From Eubacteriales Family XIII. Incertae Sedis bacterium (GTDB lineage Bacteria; Bacillota; Clostridia; Peptostreptococcales; Anaerovoracaceae), in assembly GCA_031264295.1 (NCBI GenBank), contig JAISED010000022.1:833-64832 (forward strand): a stretch of DNA of 64,000 nt, written 5' to 3'. The translations under genes and the position numbers were made by a program. Shown here in pieces: positions 9,790 to 18,975 of this stretch. Each line of letters starts with the position of its first letter. Positions within the stretch are counted from its first letter, which is position 1. The notes beneath the pieces are model-generated. The model did not search any database, had not been told where the DNA came from, and worked only from the letters and a program-made list of their open reading frames with translations.

Positions 9790-10359
9790 ATGATAGAAAT
9801 CAGATGGCACGGCAGGGGCGGTCAGGGCGCTAAAACCGCCGCACTGCTGCTGGCGGACGCTGCGTTCGCCACCGGTCTGCATGTTCAGGGCTTCCCCGAG
9901 TACGGCCCTGAACGCATGGGAGCGCCCATAACAGCTTACAACCGACTCGACAGCAAGCCCATTCGCGTTCATTCCAACATCTACGCGCCCGATATCGTCG
10001 TGATCGTGGACGAATCGCTGATCGGCGCCGTGGACGTCACTGCGGGGCTGAAAAACACCGGTTCTATCGTGGTCAACACAGATCGCCCGCCTTCCTCAGT
10101 CAGGGAACTGTTCGCCGGATGTCCCGGCGCGATCTACGCCATAGACGCGAATGAGATATCCATGCGTACATTGGGCAAGAACCTGCCCAACACGCCCCTT
10201 CTGGCGGCCGTGGCGAGATTAACAGGCATAATGCCCGAAGATGAGTTTATCGAAAATATGGAGCATTCGTTCATGCACAAATTTTCGACTAAACCCGAGG
10301 TTATAGCAGGGAATATGAACGCTATAAAAGAAGCCTGGAAAGGAGCTGTTTTAATATGA
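9790..10359 (+). CDS. porC: 2-oxoacid (pyruvate/ketoisovalerate-type):ferredoxin oxidoreductase, gamma subunit.
   Basis: MIEIRWHGRGGQGAKTAALLLADAAF is the typical gamma-subunit N-terminus. Its stop overlaps the next start (ATGA). The substrate (por versus vor) cannot be decided from sequence alone. Confidence 0.85.
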   Translation: MIEIRWHGRGGQGAKTAALLLADAAFATGLHVQGFPEYGPERMGAPITAYNRLDSKPIRVHSNIYAPDIVVIVDESLIGAVDVTAGLKNTGSIVVNTDRPPSSVRELFAGCPGAIYAIDANEISMRTLGKNLPNTPLLAAVARLTGIMPEDEFIENMEHSFMHKFSTKPEVIAGNMNAIKEAWKGAVLI

Positions 10360-10793
10360 TCGAGCGTAATCTCATGGAACATATGACCGAAACATCCGGC
10401 TGGCGGGATTTAAGCCCGGCGGCTCAAGTCTTCGGCGAAGGCAATTCGATTTTTTTCAACACGGGCGACTGGCGTTCCGAGACGCCTTCATGGAACCGCG
10501 AGCGTTGTAAACAGTGCCTGCTCTGCTTCCCCGTATGTCCCGACAGTTCCATACCCGTAAGCGGCGGGAAGCGGCATGATTTCGACTTTGAGCATTGTAA
10601 GGGCTGCGGCGTATGCGCCAAAACCTGTCCCTTCGGAGCTATTTCCATGTTCTTAGGCACGGCGCCGGCAGGCGCATCCGACGCTGCGATTGCCGGCGGC
10701 GCACGCGCGGCCGCCGCAGCGAACACGAATCACGCCGCAGATAAAACTTCCGCAGCGCCGGCTGCCGCACGCGCGAAAGGAGGCGCAAAATGA
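10356..10793 (+). CDS. porD: 2-oxoacid:ferredoxin oxidoreductase delta subunit (2x[4Fe-4S] ferredoxin-like) with an Ala-rich C-terminal tail.
   Basis: Two Cys clusters are present: CKQCLLCFPVCP and CKGCGVCAKTCP. The tail GTAPAGASDAAIAGGARAAAAANTNHAADKTSAAPAAARAKGGAK is low-complexity. There is an ATGA overlap with the alpha subunit. Confidence 0.8.
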   Translation: MIERNLMEHMTETSGWRDLSPAAQVFGEGNSIFFNTGDWRSETPSWNRERCKQCLLCFPVCPDSSIPVSGGKRHDFDFEHCKGCGVCAKTCPFGAISMFLGTAPAGASDAAIAGGARAAAAANTNHAADKTSAAPAAARAKGGAK

Positions 10794-11968
10794 GCAGACG
10801 CGATAGACTCTCAGGAAACGAGGCGGCGGCGACGGCCATAAGGCAGATCGACCCGGACGTGATAGCCGCATTCCCCATAACCCCCTCCACGGAAATACCC
10901 CAGTATATATCGTCCTTCAAGGCCGAAGGGCTTATAGGCACTGAATTCGTCACGGTAGAGTCCGAACACAGCGCCATGTCGGCCTGTATAGGCGCCAGCG
11001 CTGCGGGCGCCCGCGCCATGACAGCCACTAGTTCGGCGGGTATGGCTCTCATGTACGAACTGCTCTATGTGGCGGCTTCCGACAGATTGCCCATCGTCAT
11101 GGCGGCCGTAAACAGAGCGCTCAGCGGACCCATCAACATTAACGCGGATCATTCCGATTCAATGGGCGCGCGGGATTCCGGCTGGATTCAGATATACAGC
11201 GAAAATGCGCAGGAGGCTTACGATAACATGCTTATGGCAAACCGCATCGCCGAGCATCCCGATGTAATGCTGCCCATCATGATATGCCAGGACGGTTTCA
11301 TCACCAGCCACGCTGTAGAGAACATCACCATTGAGGACGATAGCTTTGTAAAGGACTTTGTAGGCGAGTATAATCCCGAAAAATACTTGCTGAATCCAGA
11401 CGAATCTTTAGGAGTGGGACCATATAGCATTTCTATTTTCTACATGGAAATAAAGCGCCAGCAGTTTGAAGCTATGAACAATGCCCGAGCAGTCATCGCC
11501 AAGGTAAGCGCCGATTTCACCGCTCGTACAGGACGTGAATACGGCATGTTGGAGCAGTACCGCATGGACGGCGCCGAACTGGGTGTTCTGCTTATGAGTT
11601 CATCAGCGGGAACCGGCAAGGAGGCTGTGGACATGCTCCGCGAGAAGGGCGTCAAAGCGGGTCTTGTAAAGATCAGGGTGTTCAGACCCTTCCCCGCCGG
11701 CGAGATCGCAGAAGCGCTGCGTGGGCTTAAGGCGCTGGGCATTATGGATAAAAGTGACGGTTTTTCAGGCTGCGGCGGTCCTCTAGGCGCGGAAGTGCGC
11801 GCTGCACTTTATGGAAAATCAGATAATATAAAAACTATAAACTATGTCTACGGCCTGGGCGGCCGCGATGTAAAGGTAGCCGATTTCGAAGAAATATTTG
11901 CGGAGCTTGCCGCCATGAGAGACGGCGCGGAGCTTCCCGACTGCAGATATCACGGCGTCAGAGAGTAA
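10790..11968 (+). CDS. porA: 2-oxoacid:ferredoxin oxidoreductase alpha subunit.
   Basis: LSGNEAAATAIRQIDPDVIAAFPITPSTEI is the canonical alpha-subunit N-terminus. The length (392 aa) and operon position fit. Confidence 0.88.
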   Translation: MSRRDRLSGNEAAATAIRQIDPDVIAAFPITPSTEIPQYISSFKAEGLIGTEFVTVESEHSAMSACIGASAAGARAMTATSSAGMALMYELLYVAASDRLPIVMAAVNRALSGPININADHSDSMGARDSGWIQIYSENAQEAYDNMLMANRIAEHPDVMLPIMICQDGFITSHAVENITIEDDSFVKDFVGEYNPEKYLLNPDESLGVGPYSISIFYMEIKRQQFEAMNNARAVIAKVSADFTARTGREYGMLEQYRMDGAELGVLLMSSSAGTGKEAVDMLREKGVKAGLVKIRVFRPFPAGEIAEALRGLKALGIMDKSDGFSGCGGPLGAEVRAALYGKSDNIKTINYVYGLGGRDVKVADFEEIFAELAAMRDGAELPDCRYHGVRE

Positions 11969-11978
11969 GGAGGATGAT

Positions 11979-12920
11979 ATGGCTTATAATACTTACAGCC
12001 TGAAGGAGGCCGCCAACAAACCGGAACGTCTTGTGGCCGGTCACAGAATGTGCGCCGGCTGCGGCGGACCTGTAGCCGTTCGCGCGGTTCTCAGGGCTTT
12101 GAAACCCGAAGATAAAGCCGTCGTATGCGTCGCCACCAGTTGTCTTGAGGTATCGTCCTGTACCTATCCCTATACATCCTGGCGCGACTCATTCCTTCAC
12201 ACCGCCTTTGAAAACGCGGCGGCGTCGGCCAGCGGGGTCGAAGCGGCTTATACCGCATTGAAAAAGCGCGGCAAGATCAAGGACACTTATAAATTCATAA
12301 CATTCGGCGGCGACGGCGGCACCTACGACATCGGCTTCCAGTCCCTTTCCGGCGCCATGGAGCGCGGAACCGACATGGTATACGTCTGCTACGATAACGA
12401 GGCTTATATGAATACCGGCATACAGCGCTCTTCTTCCACCCCCGCGTTCGCCGATACGACCACCTCGGCGGCCGGTTCAAAGTCCGACGGAAAACCGCAG
12501 TTCAAAAAAGATCTGACCAAGATCATGGCGGCTCATCATATACCATATGTGGCTCAGAGCACATTCATCGGGAATTTCAAGGATCTGCACAGGAAATCAG
12601 AGACCGCCGTATACACGGAGGGTCCGGCTTTTCTGAACGTCCTAGCGCCCTGTCCCAGGGGCTGGCGCTATGAAGCCTCGGATCTTATGGAGATATGCAA
12701 GGCTGCCGTAGAAACCTGCGTATGGCCGCTTTTCGAAGTTACAGAGGGCGAATGGGTTCTGAATTATGAACCTAAGAAGAAACTGCCTGTAACGGAATAC
12801 CTCAAACTGCAAGGTCGTTTCAAGCACCTGTTCGAACCGGGCAATGAAGGACTGATCGAAGCTATTCAGGATGATATAGATAAGCGGTGGGAGGAACTCA
12901 AATCCCTCTGCGAGATGTAG
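11979..12920 (+). CDS. porB: 2-oxoacid:ferredoxin oxidoreductase beta subunit (TPP-binding).
   Basis: The block CAGCGGPVAVR and the TPP motif GGDGGTYDIGFQSLSG...YDNEAYMNTG are present. An RBS (TAAGGAGG) lies upstream. Confidence 0.88.
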   Translation: MAYNTYSLKEAANKPERLVAGHRMCAGCGGPVAVRAVLRALKPEDKAVVCVATSCLEVSSCTYPYTSWRDSFLHTAFENAAASASGVEAAYTALKKRGKIKDTYKFITFGGDGGTYDIGFQSLSGAMERGTDMVYVCYDNEAYMNTGIQRSSSTPAFADTTTSAAGSKSDGKPQFKKDLTKIMAAHHIPYVAQSTFIGNFKDLHRKSETAVYTEGPAFLNVLAPCPRGWRYEASDLMEICKAAVETCVWPLFEVTEGEWVLNYEPKKKLPVTEYLKLQGRFKHLFEPGNEGLIEAIQDDIDKRWEELKSLCEM

Positions 12921-13135
12921 CGACTCAATCACCACGCCATTTTTGCCCATACCGGAACCTGGTGACGATTTCCGGCGTCTCACGTACCTTTTGTACGCTC
13001 CGAGGCCGAAAATCGCCCCCAGAACCCGGTCTGAACAAAACTGACGCGCCGATTGAGTCGCCTTGATTGAGTGACGACTCAATCGACACCCCCTCCGGAA
13101 CCTGGTGACGATTTCCGGCGTCTCACGTACCTTTT
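12921..13135. repeat. Composite direct/inverted repeat element in the convergent intergenic region.
   Basis: A perfect 41-bp direct repeat CCGGAACCTGGTGACGATTTCCGGCGTCTCACGTACCTTTT occurs at 12952-12992 and 13095-13135. CGACTCAATC occurs at 12921-12930 and 13075-13084, with inverted copies GATTGAGTCG at 13051-13060 and GATTGAGT at 13065-13072. Each 41-mer contains the hairpin CCGGAA..TTCCGG. Confidence 0.6.
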
Positions 13136-13139
13136 CCAG

Positions 13140-13862
13140 TTATAATACTTTCGAAAGGAAGTCCCTTAATCGGGGGTTTTTCGGATTATCGAAGAAAACC
13201 TCCGGGGGGGCTTCTTCTAATATGCTGCCCTCATCCATGAACAGCACCCTTGTGCCCACTTCGCGGGCAAAGCCCATCTCATGGGTTACTATTACCATTG
13301 TCATGCCGTCGTCGGCCAGTTTCTTCATGACGGACAGCACTTCGCCTACCATTTCGGGGTCAAGCGCCGACGTCGGTTCATCGAAGAGCATCACGCGCGG
13401 GTTCATGGCTAGGGAGCGCACGATGGCGATACGCTGTTTCTGTCCTCCTGACAGCATATTCGGATACTCCTTCGCCTTATCTGCCAGTCCTACCTGCTCC
13501 AACAGTTCTTTCGCCCTTTTCTCAGCCGCTGCGGCGTCCATGAGACCCAGCTTCCTCGGCGCCAGGCTTATATTGTCCAGAACTGTCAGGTGCGGGAACA
13601 GATTGAAATGCTGAAAGACCATGCCCATCTTCTGACGCAGCTTATTCATATCGTAACGGGGAGCGGTTATCAGCTCGCCGTCGAAGCGTATCTCACCCTC
13701 GTCGGGCGTTTCCAGCAGGTTGAGACAGCGTAAGAATGTGCTTTTCCCCGAACCCGAAGGTCCCACAACCACTATCTTTTCCCTGATATTCACATGAGCG
13801 CTTACAGCATTAAGTACGGTTACGCCGTTGAAGGACTTGCTGAGGTTTTTAACGTCTATCAC
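13140..13862 (-). CDS. Polar amino-acid ABC transporter ATP-binding protein (GlnQ/HisP-like).
   Basis: It carries Walker A (GPSGSGKST), the signature [11 protein letters not shown] and Walker B ([10 protein letters not shown]). At 240 aa it matches the PAAT-family layout. Confidence 0.9.
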   Translation of the reverse strand: MIDVKNLSKSFNGVTVLNAVSAHVNIREKIVVVGPSGSGKSTFLRCLNLLETPDEGEIRFDGELITAPRYDMNKLRQKMGMVFQHFNLFPHLTVLDNISLAPRKLGLMDAAAAEKRAKELLEQVGLADKAKEYPNMLSGGQKQRIAIVRSLAMNPRVMLFDEPTSALDPEMVGEVLSVMKKLADDGMTMVIVTHEMGFAREVGTRVLFMDEGSILEEAPPEVFFDNPKNPRLRDFLSKVL

Positions 13863-14619
13863 TTTTCTGCAATTTCCTTTCCATTACGCCCTGCAAGGCG
13901 GTAAGTCCCACAACCATTATCAAATAGACCAGAGCCACCGATATGAGCGGGAAAAACGCCTGATACGTTCTGCTCCTTACAAGGTCTGCGGCCTTTGTCA
14001 GATCTATTACCGTGATGTAGCCGGCTACGGATGTCTCTTTCAGCAGGGTGATGAACTCGTTGAACAGGGCGGGAAGCGTGTTCTTTATGGCCTGAGGCAT
14101 GATTATATACCGCATGGTCATGAGTTCCGTCAGCCCTAGGGATCTGCCCGCCTCCGTCTGTCCCGTGTCTATGGACATGATGCCCGCTCTTACGATCTCG
14201 GCTACATAGGCGCCTGAGTTCAGACCAAAGCCTATGACAGCTACAATCACACCGCTCTTGATGTCGATCAATACCAGATAATACAATATCATCAGCTGCA
14301 CGATTACAGGCGTACCCCTGAAGACAGTCACATAAAGTTCAGCGAAGAGCCTGGCGATCTTCATCTTGCCCGTTCTGTGGTTGTATACCTTTATCACGGC
14401 CAGAATTATACCTATGCTCACACCGATAAGCACGGCAAACACAGCTATCGTAATGGTTGCCCTAAATCCGTCTAAAAAGACCTTATAGTAATTGTTATTG
14501 ATAAATGTTCTGTAAAACCCTTCCTGAAAAGCCGCCATATCATGCCCTGCCCGTCCGCCGCTTCCGCGGCAGTCATCATACTTATACCGAATAAAACAGC
14601 TGGCGCTTGCTGCAGGCAA
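13849..14619 (-). CDS. Polar amino-acid ABC transporter permease (His/Glu/Gln/Arg/opine family). The true start is probably internal (MAAFQEG.., ~14538).
   Basis: It is a multi-pass membrane protein with an EAA-like loop ([31 protein letters not shown]). It overlaps the ATPase gene by 14 nt. Confidence 0.85.
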   Translation of the reverse strand: MPAASASCFIRYKYDDCRGSGGRAGHDMAAFQEGFYRTFINNNYYKVFLDGFRATITIAVFAVLIGVSIGIILAVIKVYNHRTGKMKIARLFAELYVTVFRGTPVIVQLMILYYLVLIDIKSGVIVAVIGFGLNSGAYVAEIVRAGIMSIDTGQTEAGRSLGLTELMTMRYIIMPQAIKNTLPALFNEFITLLKETSVAGYITVIDLTKAADLVRSRTYQAFFPLISVALVYLIMVVGLTALQGVMERKLQKSDRR

Positions 14620-14715
14620 GCTCCGAAAACCCTCATCACGCCTCTGGGCGGTCTTTTTTCGGGGCTTGCCTATATCGCAAGCGCCAGGCTTGTAATTGAT
14701 AGATTATAGATTATG

Positions 14716-15540
14716 TTATTCTGAATATTCCTGAATATATAGCTCGATGAGGCCATCCGCTACCATGCCGCCAACCACTTCATCAATAATAGCCAGCAGG
14801 TCTTCATTGCCCTTTGCTACAGCTACACCGAACTGCTCCGTCATGGGGCTGCCTTTCGTATAAACAAGCGGCATTGCGGTGTAAGCCTCGTGCTCGTTAG
14901 CCAGAGCGATCGCTACCAGCTCATCTATAACCACGGCGTCTATCCTGCCGTTGATGAGATCCTGCATAGCTACAGGAGCGCTTGTGTACTGCTTGAGATC
15001 CGTAGTTCCTCCCCTGAGCACGCCCTCATTGATCTCATCCTCTACCAGCATGGAACCCGTCGTGCCCGACTGTACGCCGACGGCCTTGTCCGAAAGATCC
15101 TCAACAAAGCCTATATCGCTGTTCTCCGGCACTATGATATACTGAACAGACTCTACGTATGGCGTTGAGAAATCAACCTGTGCCCTGCGTTCGTCGTCGA
15201 TGGTTATACCTGACACAGCTACATCGCCCTTGCCCGAAGCTATCGAAGCCACAATCCCGCCGAAATCGGCGTTGACTACCTCAAGTTCGACCTCAAGCTT
15301 TTCCGCTATAGCTTTCCCTATTTCCACATCCACTCCGACGATCTCATTGCCTTCGATGAACTCATAAGGCGGGAACTCAGCGTTGGTGTACATAACCAAT
15401 GTGCCGGAGGACTTGATCTGATCCAACTTTCCGGTCGTACTGCCGCCCGGCTGTTCAGAGTCGTCGGCGGCGTCTCCGTTGCCTCCGCATCCGCTTATAG
15501 CAATGGCGATAATGAACAGTAATGCAATAAATTTCTTCAT
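14716..15540 (-). CDS. Amino-acid ABC transporter substrate-binding lipoprotein (family 3 SBP).
   Basis: It has a lipobox (IAISGCGG). The blocks FPPYEF..GFDVE-like and DAVVIDE-like are typical of polar amino-acid binding proteins. Confidence 0.85.
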   Translation of the reverse strand: MKKFIALLFIIAIAISGCGGNGDAADDSEQPGGSTTGKLDQIKSSGTLVMYTNAEFPPYEFIEGNEIVGVDVEIGKAIAEKLEVELEVVNADFGGIVASIASGKGDVAVSGITIDDERRAQVDFSTPYVESVQYIIVPENSDIGFVEDLSDKAVGVQSGTTGSMLVEDEINEGVLRGGTTDLKQYTSAPVAMQDLINGRIDAVVIDELVAIALANEHEAYTAMPLVYTKGSPMTEQFGVAVAKGNEDLLAIIDEVVGGMVADGLIELYIQEYSE

Positions 15541-15542
15541 TT

Positions 15543-17726
15543 TCAGATACTCCTTTCACTTTGCGCATAAGCTGCGGCTTCGTCGCCTGCGCCGGCGAGT
15601 TCATTGTACCACTTGACTGCCTCTATATACGAATCGCTGATCAGCTTGTCGCTGAGACCGTGTAATGAAGCGAAGGCCGCTATTTCGTCCCAATTTGCAT
15701 ATTCATAGTTATTGAAAAACGCGATCATGTCCGAGAACGGACCCTTGCCGGATACCAGGGAATCCTTTATATCATCGGCTACAGGTATTTCTTCGAACAA
15801 CTCATCCCGGCTCTTTTCGAGAGCCACGTGCAACAGTGAGAGCAGCCCGGTTGTAAACGCGTGTTTCGGGTTGCGTCTCGGCTTGAAATGGGGCGCAAGC
15901 AGTTCTCCGAACCGCGCTCTCACCAGTGAGATCCTCACCAGTTCAAGGGGTGCGCTTGCCGCGACTCCCCTGAGGGCGAGGGTCGCTATCCATTTCTTCA
16001 GGTTGTTTTCTCCGAGTATAGCCACTGCCGCCTGTATGGACGACACCCTGTTCCGCAGCCCCACAGCAGCGGAATTCAGCAGTCGGAGCAGCTTGTAAGA
16101 CATGGCTACGTCGGTGGCTATCAAATCACTGATCTCCTTGAAATCCACATAGCCGTCTTCGCTGGTAAGCCTGAGCAGCTTTATATAATTCAGCTGCAGA
16201 GGATGTATATCCTTTACCTTCTTCGTCACCTGGGGCTGGCTGAAGAAAAAGCCCTGAAACAATTCAAATCCGCGTATACTCGCCAGCTCAAAATCATCGG
16301 CGGAGTCAACATTCAGCGCGATAAAGCGCTTCCCGCGGTTGGCCGCGATCACAGCCGCTATGCCGCCTTCGTCCGCAATCTTCAAGTCTATCTTGATATA
16401 GTCGGCGATCTCTATAAGCCCCGCAAGCCCGGACTGTCCTGCCGCAAGGTCTGAGCTGTCCGTCACGGCCGCCGCAATGGTATAGCCGTACGATTTCAGT
16501 TCCTTGTATCGCCTGAGTTCAACAGCGTCAATCTGACTGCGCGCCTGGATCTGAACGACGAACTTGTCCTTCGGAAGTCCGTTGCGAACCGCGGCGTTGA
16601 GAAGCTGCGCGGAATACGATATGAAATAACAGGTCTTACCTGCCATAACCGAAAGATCCACCACATCCATCGTTCTGTCAAACTCGGTGAGATTCACCTC
16701 GTCTTCCATATCCTTCCCTTCGTTGCCCCTGTCGATCAATTCATATCCGAAGGTGACGCCGTGGTTGTCCAGTATGGGTTGAATGTTGATGTACAGATCC
16801 TTGAACTTCTTAGCGGAGTCATACTGCTCCTCGAAGAGCACCAGCCTCGCCCGTCCGCCTGCCTTGGCCTTATAGAGGGCGATATCCGCCTTGCGCAGCA
16901 GCTCCGGGAAATTATGACCGTGCCTGGGAAAGAACGATACGCCCATACTTATGGTGCACGACAGTTCAATATTCGGCATGGTATATGACATGAGAGCGCC
17001 CGACAACATTTTGGAAAAGTGATCATACATCTCCGTATCCGTCCGAAACTCATCCCCGCTCCCCGAATAAAGCAATACGAACTCATCCCCGCCAAGCCTA
17101 TAAAGATGCCCTGAAAATACAGGGTTTTCCTGCAAGAGCGAGGTTATCCTGCGCAACATCACGTCGCCGGTATTATGTCCGTAGGTATCATTAATGCTTT
17201 TGAAATTATCTAGGTCGAACAGCGCGATCACGCCGCATAGCTCGCCGCTGACTATCCTCTCGCGGATCCTCTCGAAATCCTCCCTGAGCTTCTGGCGATT
17301 CGGTACGCCCGTCAGCTGGTCTATATAGGCGAGGTTGAAAAGCTTCAGGCTATTCTCCTTCTCCTCGTCAATATTCCTGATGCTCAACACTATGCACTCT
17401 TTGTCGTCAACCCAAAGCGCGGGTCGGCTCACGCCCGCGTACCCGCTGCCGTTAACATCTTCGATTTCAAATGAAAACGCGTAGTTTTCATCCTCAAAAC
17501 ACAGCTCGAACAGTCCCGGAAATATGCTAGCATAACCGTTTTTAAAATCCCTTTTCAGATCGCTGGTTTCACTGAGTCTATCGTTCGCCGCCTCATTCAG
17601 AAACAGAACCTTCTTGTCCTTCTTTCCTACCACGACCACATCCATATCAAATGAATCCAGTATTCCGCCGAGGATATCCTCAAGCTGTTGTCTTTTATTG
17701 CCGCTCAATATCATACTCAACTCCAA
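15543..17726 (-). CDS. Signalling protein with an N-terminal sensory region, a GGDEF diguanylate cyclase domain, a degenerate EAL-like domain and a C-terminal HDOD domain. The likely start is the ATG at 17714.
   Basis: An intact RLGGDEF motif is present. The EAL block reads FGYELIDRG (ELI instead of EAL) and the DDFGTG block is not recognisable. The HDOD-like segment is LLRLLNSAAVGLRNRVSSIQAAVAILGENNLKKWI. GGAG lies 6 nt before the ATG at 17714; the ORF-track start is a TTG. Confidence 0.85.
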   Translation of the reverse strand: MELSMILSGNKRQQLEDILGGILDSFDMDVVVVGKKDKKVLFLNEAANDRLSETSDLKRDFKNGYASIFPGLFELCFEDENYAFSFEIEDVNGSGYAGVSRPALWVDDKECIVLSIRNIDEEKENSLKLFNLAYIDQLTGVPNRQKLREDFERIRERIVSGELCGVIALFDLDNFKSINDTYGHNTGDVMLRRITSLLQENPVFSGHLYRLGGDEFVLLYSGSGDEFRTDTEMYDHFSKMLSGALMSYTMPNIELSCTISMGVSFFPRHGHNFPELLRKADIALYKAKAGGRARLVLFEEQYDSAKKFKDLYINIQPILDNHGVTFGYELIDRGNEGKDMEDEVNLTEFDRTMDVVDLSVMAGKTCYFISYSAQLLNAAVRNGLPKDKFVVQIQARSQIDAVELRRYKELKSYGYTIAAAVTDSSDLAAGQSGLAGLIEIADYIKIDLKIADEGGIAAVIAANRGKRFIALNVDSADDFELASIRGFELFQGFFFSQPQVTKKVKDIHPLQLNYIKLLRLTSEDGYVDFKEISDLIATDVAMSYKLLRLLNSAAVGLRNRVSSIQAAVAILGENNLKKWIATLALRGVAASAPLELVRISLVRARFGELLAPHFKPRRNPKHAFTTGLLSLLHVALEKSRDELFEEIPVADDIKDSLVSGKGPFSDMIAFFNNYEYANWDEIAAFASLHGLSDKLISDSYIEAVKWYNELAGAGDEAAAYAQSERSI

Positions 17727-18106
17727 ATCATAGGATCATTGCTAAATTATAGCACAAACCCGGCTGATATTCAAATCAATTTTACGCGCTCATTGAAATT
17801 ACATTAATAATATACCTTATATGATTACAAATGTCGACAATAAAATTATAAGAATAATCAAAATCGCGCAGAATATATTGGGGAGCCTTGGAACGGCTGA
17901 AAATGCAGAAACTAGTCAGATATAATATTTTCATTTTAATTGTTTTTTTAAAACTATGCATTAAACCTTGCCGTGACGATTGACAATCTTGGAATAATAA
18001 TTTAAAATATAATAGTAATGACAAACAAATTTTGCGTGTAGCATAATTCTCGCCTGAATTTCTTTGTCAAAAAATCAAAACGTATGAATAGAAGGGGTGT
18101 GAGTAC

Positions 18107-18874
18107 GTGGATATATCATCACTTGCCGGCGTTATCATCGGCGTGGTCGCCGTTATTGTCGGCATGTTTTTCAAAGGGGTTTCTTTTGAAGCACTATTAA
18201 ATCCAGCAGCATTTTTCATAATCATTGTCGGCACCGTCGGCGCCGTCACAGTAGCTACCCCAATGAATGAGTTAAAAAACCTAGGCAAGCTTTTCGGAGT
18301 TTTATTTACTAATGCCAAATTCATGTCGGCAAATGAGGCTATCGAAAAAATCCTTTCATTCGCCGAAATGGCTAGAAGAGAAGGCTTGCTCGTACTGGAA
18401 GCGAAGATACAAGAAGAGACGGATCCATTCCTCATAAGGGGGCTTCAACTCCTTGTGGACGGCGTGGACAGCGACCAACTGGAGGAGTCGATGGAGGCCG
18501 ATATCGGTGCGATGGAAAACCGTCACGCGGCTAACGCGAACATATTCTCCCAGGCCGGGACATACGCTCCCACCTTGGGCGTTCTGGGCGCGGTACTGGG
18601 TCTGATCGCGGCACTGGGCAACATGGACGACACGGAGGCGCTCGGACACGCGATCTCCGCAGCTTTCATCGCTACCCTGCTGGGTATATTCACCGGCTAT
18701 GTGCTGTGGCATCCGATGGCTAACAAGCTTAAACGCAAATCAAAACAGGAAGTATTGGTCAGGACGATCATCATGGAAGGCATAGTGGGCATATGCCGCG
18801 GGATGAATCCGCGTATGCTCAAGGATAACCTTTCGAACTATATAGCCGCCAAGGATCGCGAAACCAGTTCGTAA
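18107..18874 (+). CDS. motA: Flagellar stator/proton-channel protein MotA (MotA/TolQ/ExbB family).
   Basis: It is a 255-aa four-TM protein. The C-terminal channel region (TYAPTLGVLGAVLGLIAALGNM...AFIATLLGIFTGYVLWHPMANKL) is typical of MotA. It has a GTG start with a GAAGGGG RBS. Confidence 0.85.
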   Translation: MDISSLAGVIIGVVAVIVGMFFKGVSFEALLNPAAFFIIIVGTVGAVTVATPMNELKNLGKLFGVLFTNAKFMSANEAIEKILSFAEMARREGLLVLEAKIQEETDPFLIRGLQLLVDGVDSDQLEESMEADIGAMENRHAANANIFSQAGTYAPTLGVLGAVLGLIAALGNMDDTEALGHAISAAFIATLLGIFTGYVLWHPMANKLKRKSKQEVLVRTIIMEGIVGICRGMNPRMLKDNLSNYIAAKDRETSS

Positions 18875-18975
18875 CATGGGGCTGCCCGGCGGCGGATTGC
18901 CGATGGGTATTACGCGCCGGTCTGCGGCAAGGCGGCAGGGCGGCGAAAATAAATCATTATGGGGATGGGGGAATT

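Noticed and set aside
9181-9790. Riboswitch or ncRNA in the long (815-bp) non-coding stretch upstream of the oxidoreductase operon. GATGCGG occurs twice (9384, 9432) and could pair alternatively with CCGCATC (9474).
   Set aside because: The pairings are short (7 bp), there is no terminator/antiterminator geometry relative to the predicted promoter at 9648-9677, and I recognise no known motif.
12642-13614. ORFs 12642-13082 (minus strand, 146 aa) and 13105-13614 (plus strand, 169 aa).
   Set aside because: The first spans the porB 3' end and the repeat-filled intergenic region. The second is antisense to the ABC ATPase gene. Neither has a family signature or translation signals.
17782-18024. 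80-aa minus-strand ORF in the AT-rich gap between the GGDEF gene and motA.
   Set aside because: The sequence is low-complexity and AT-driven (Lys/Ile/Phe/Ser-rich), with no SD. It lies in a divergent promoter region.
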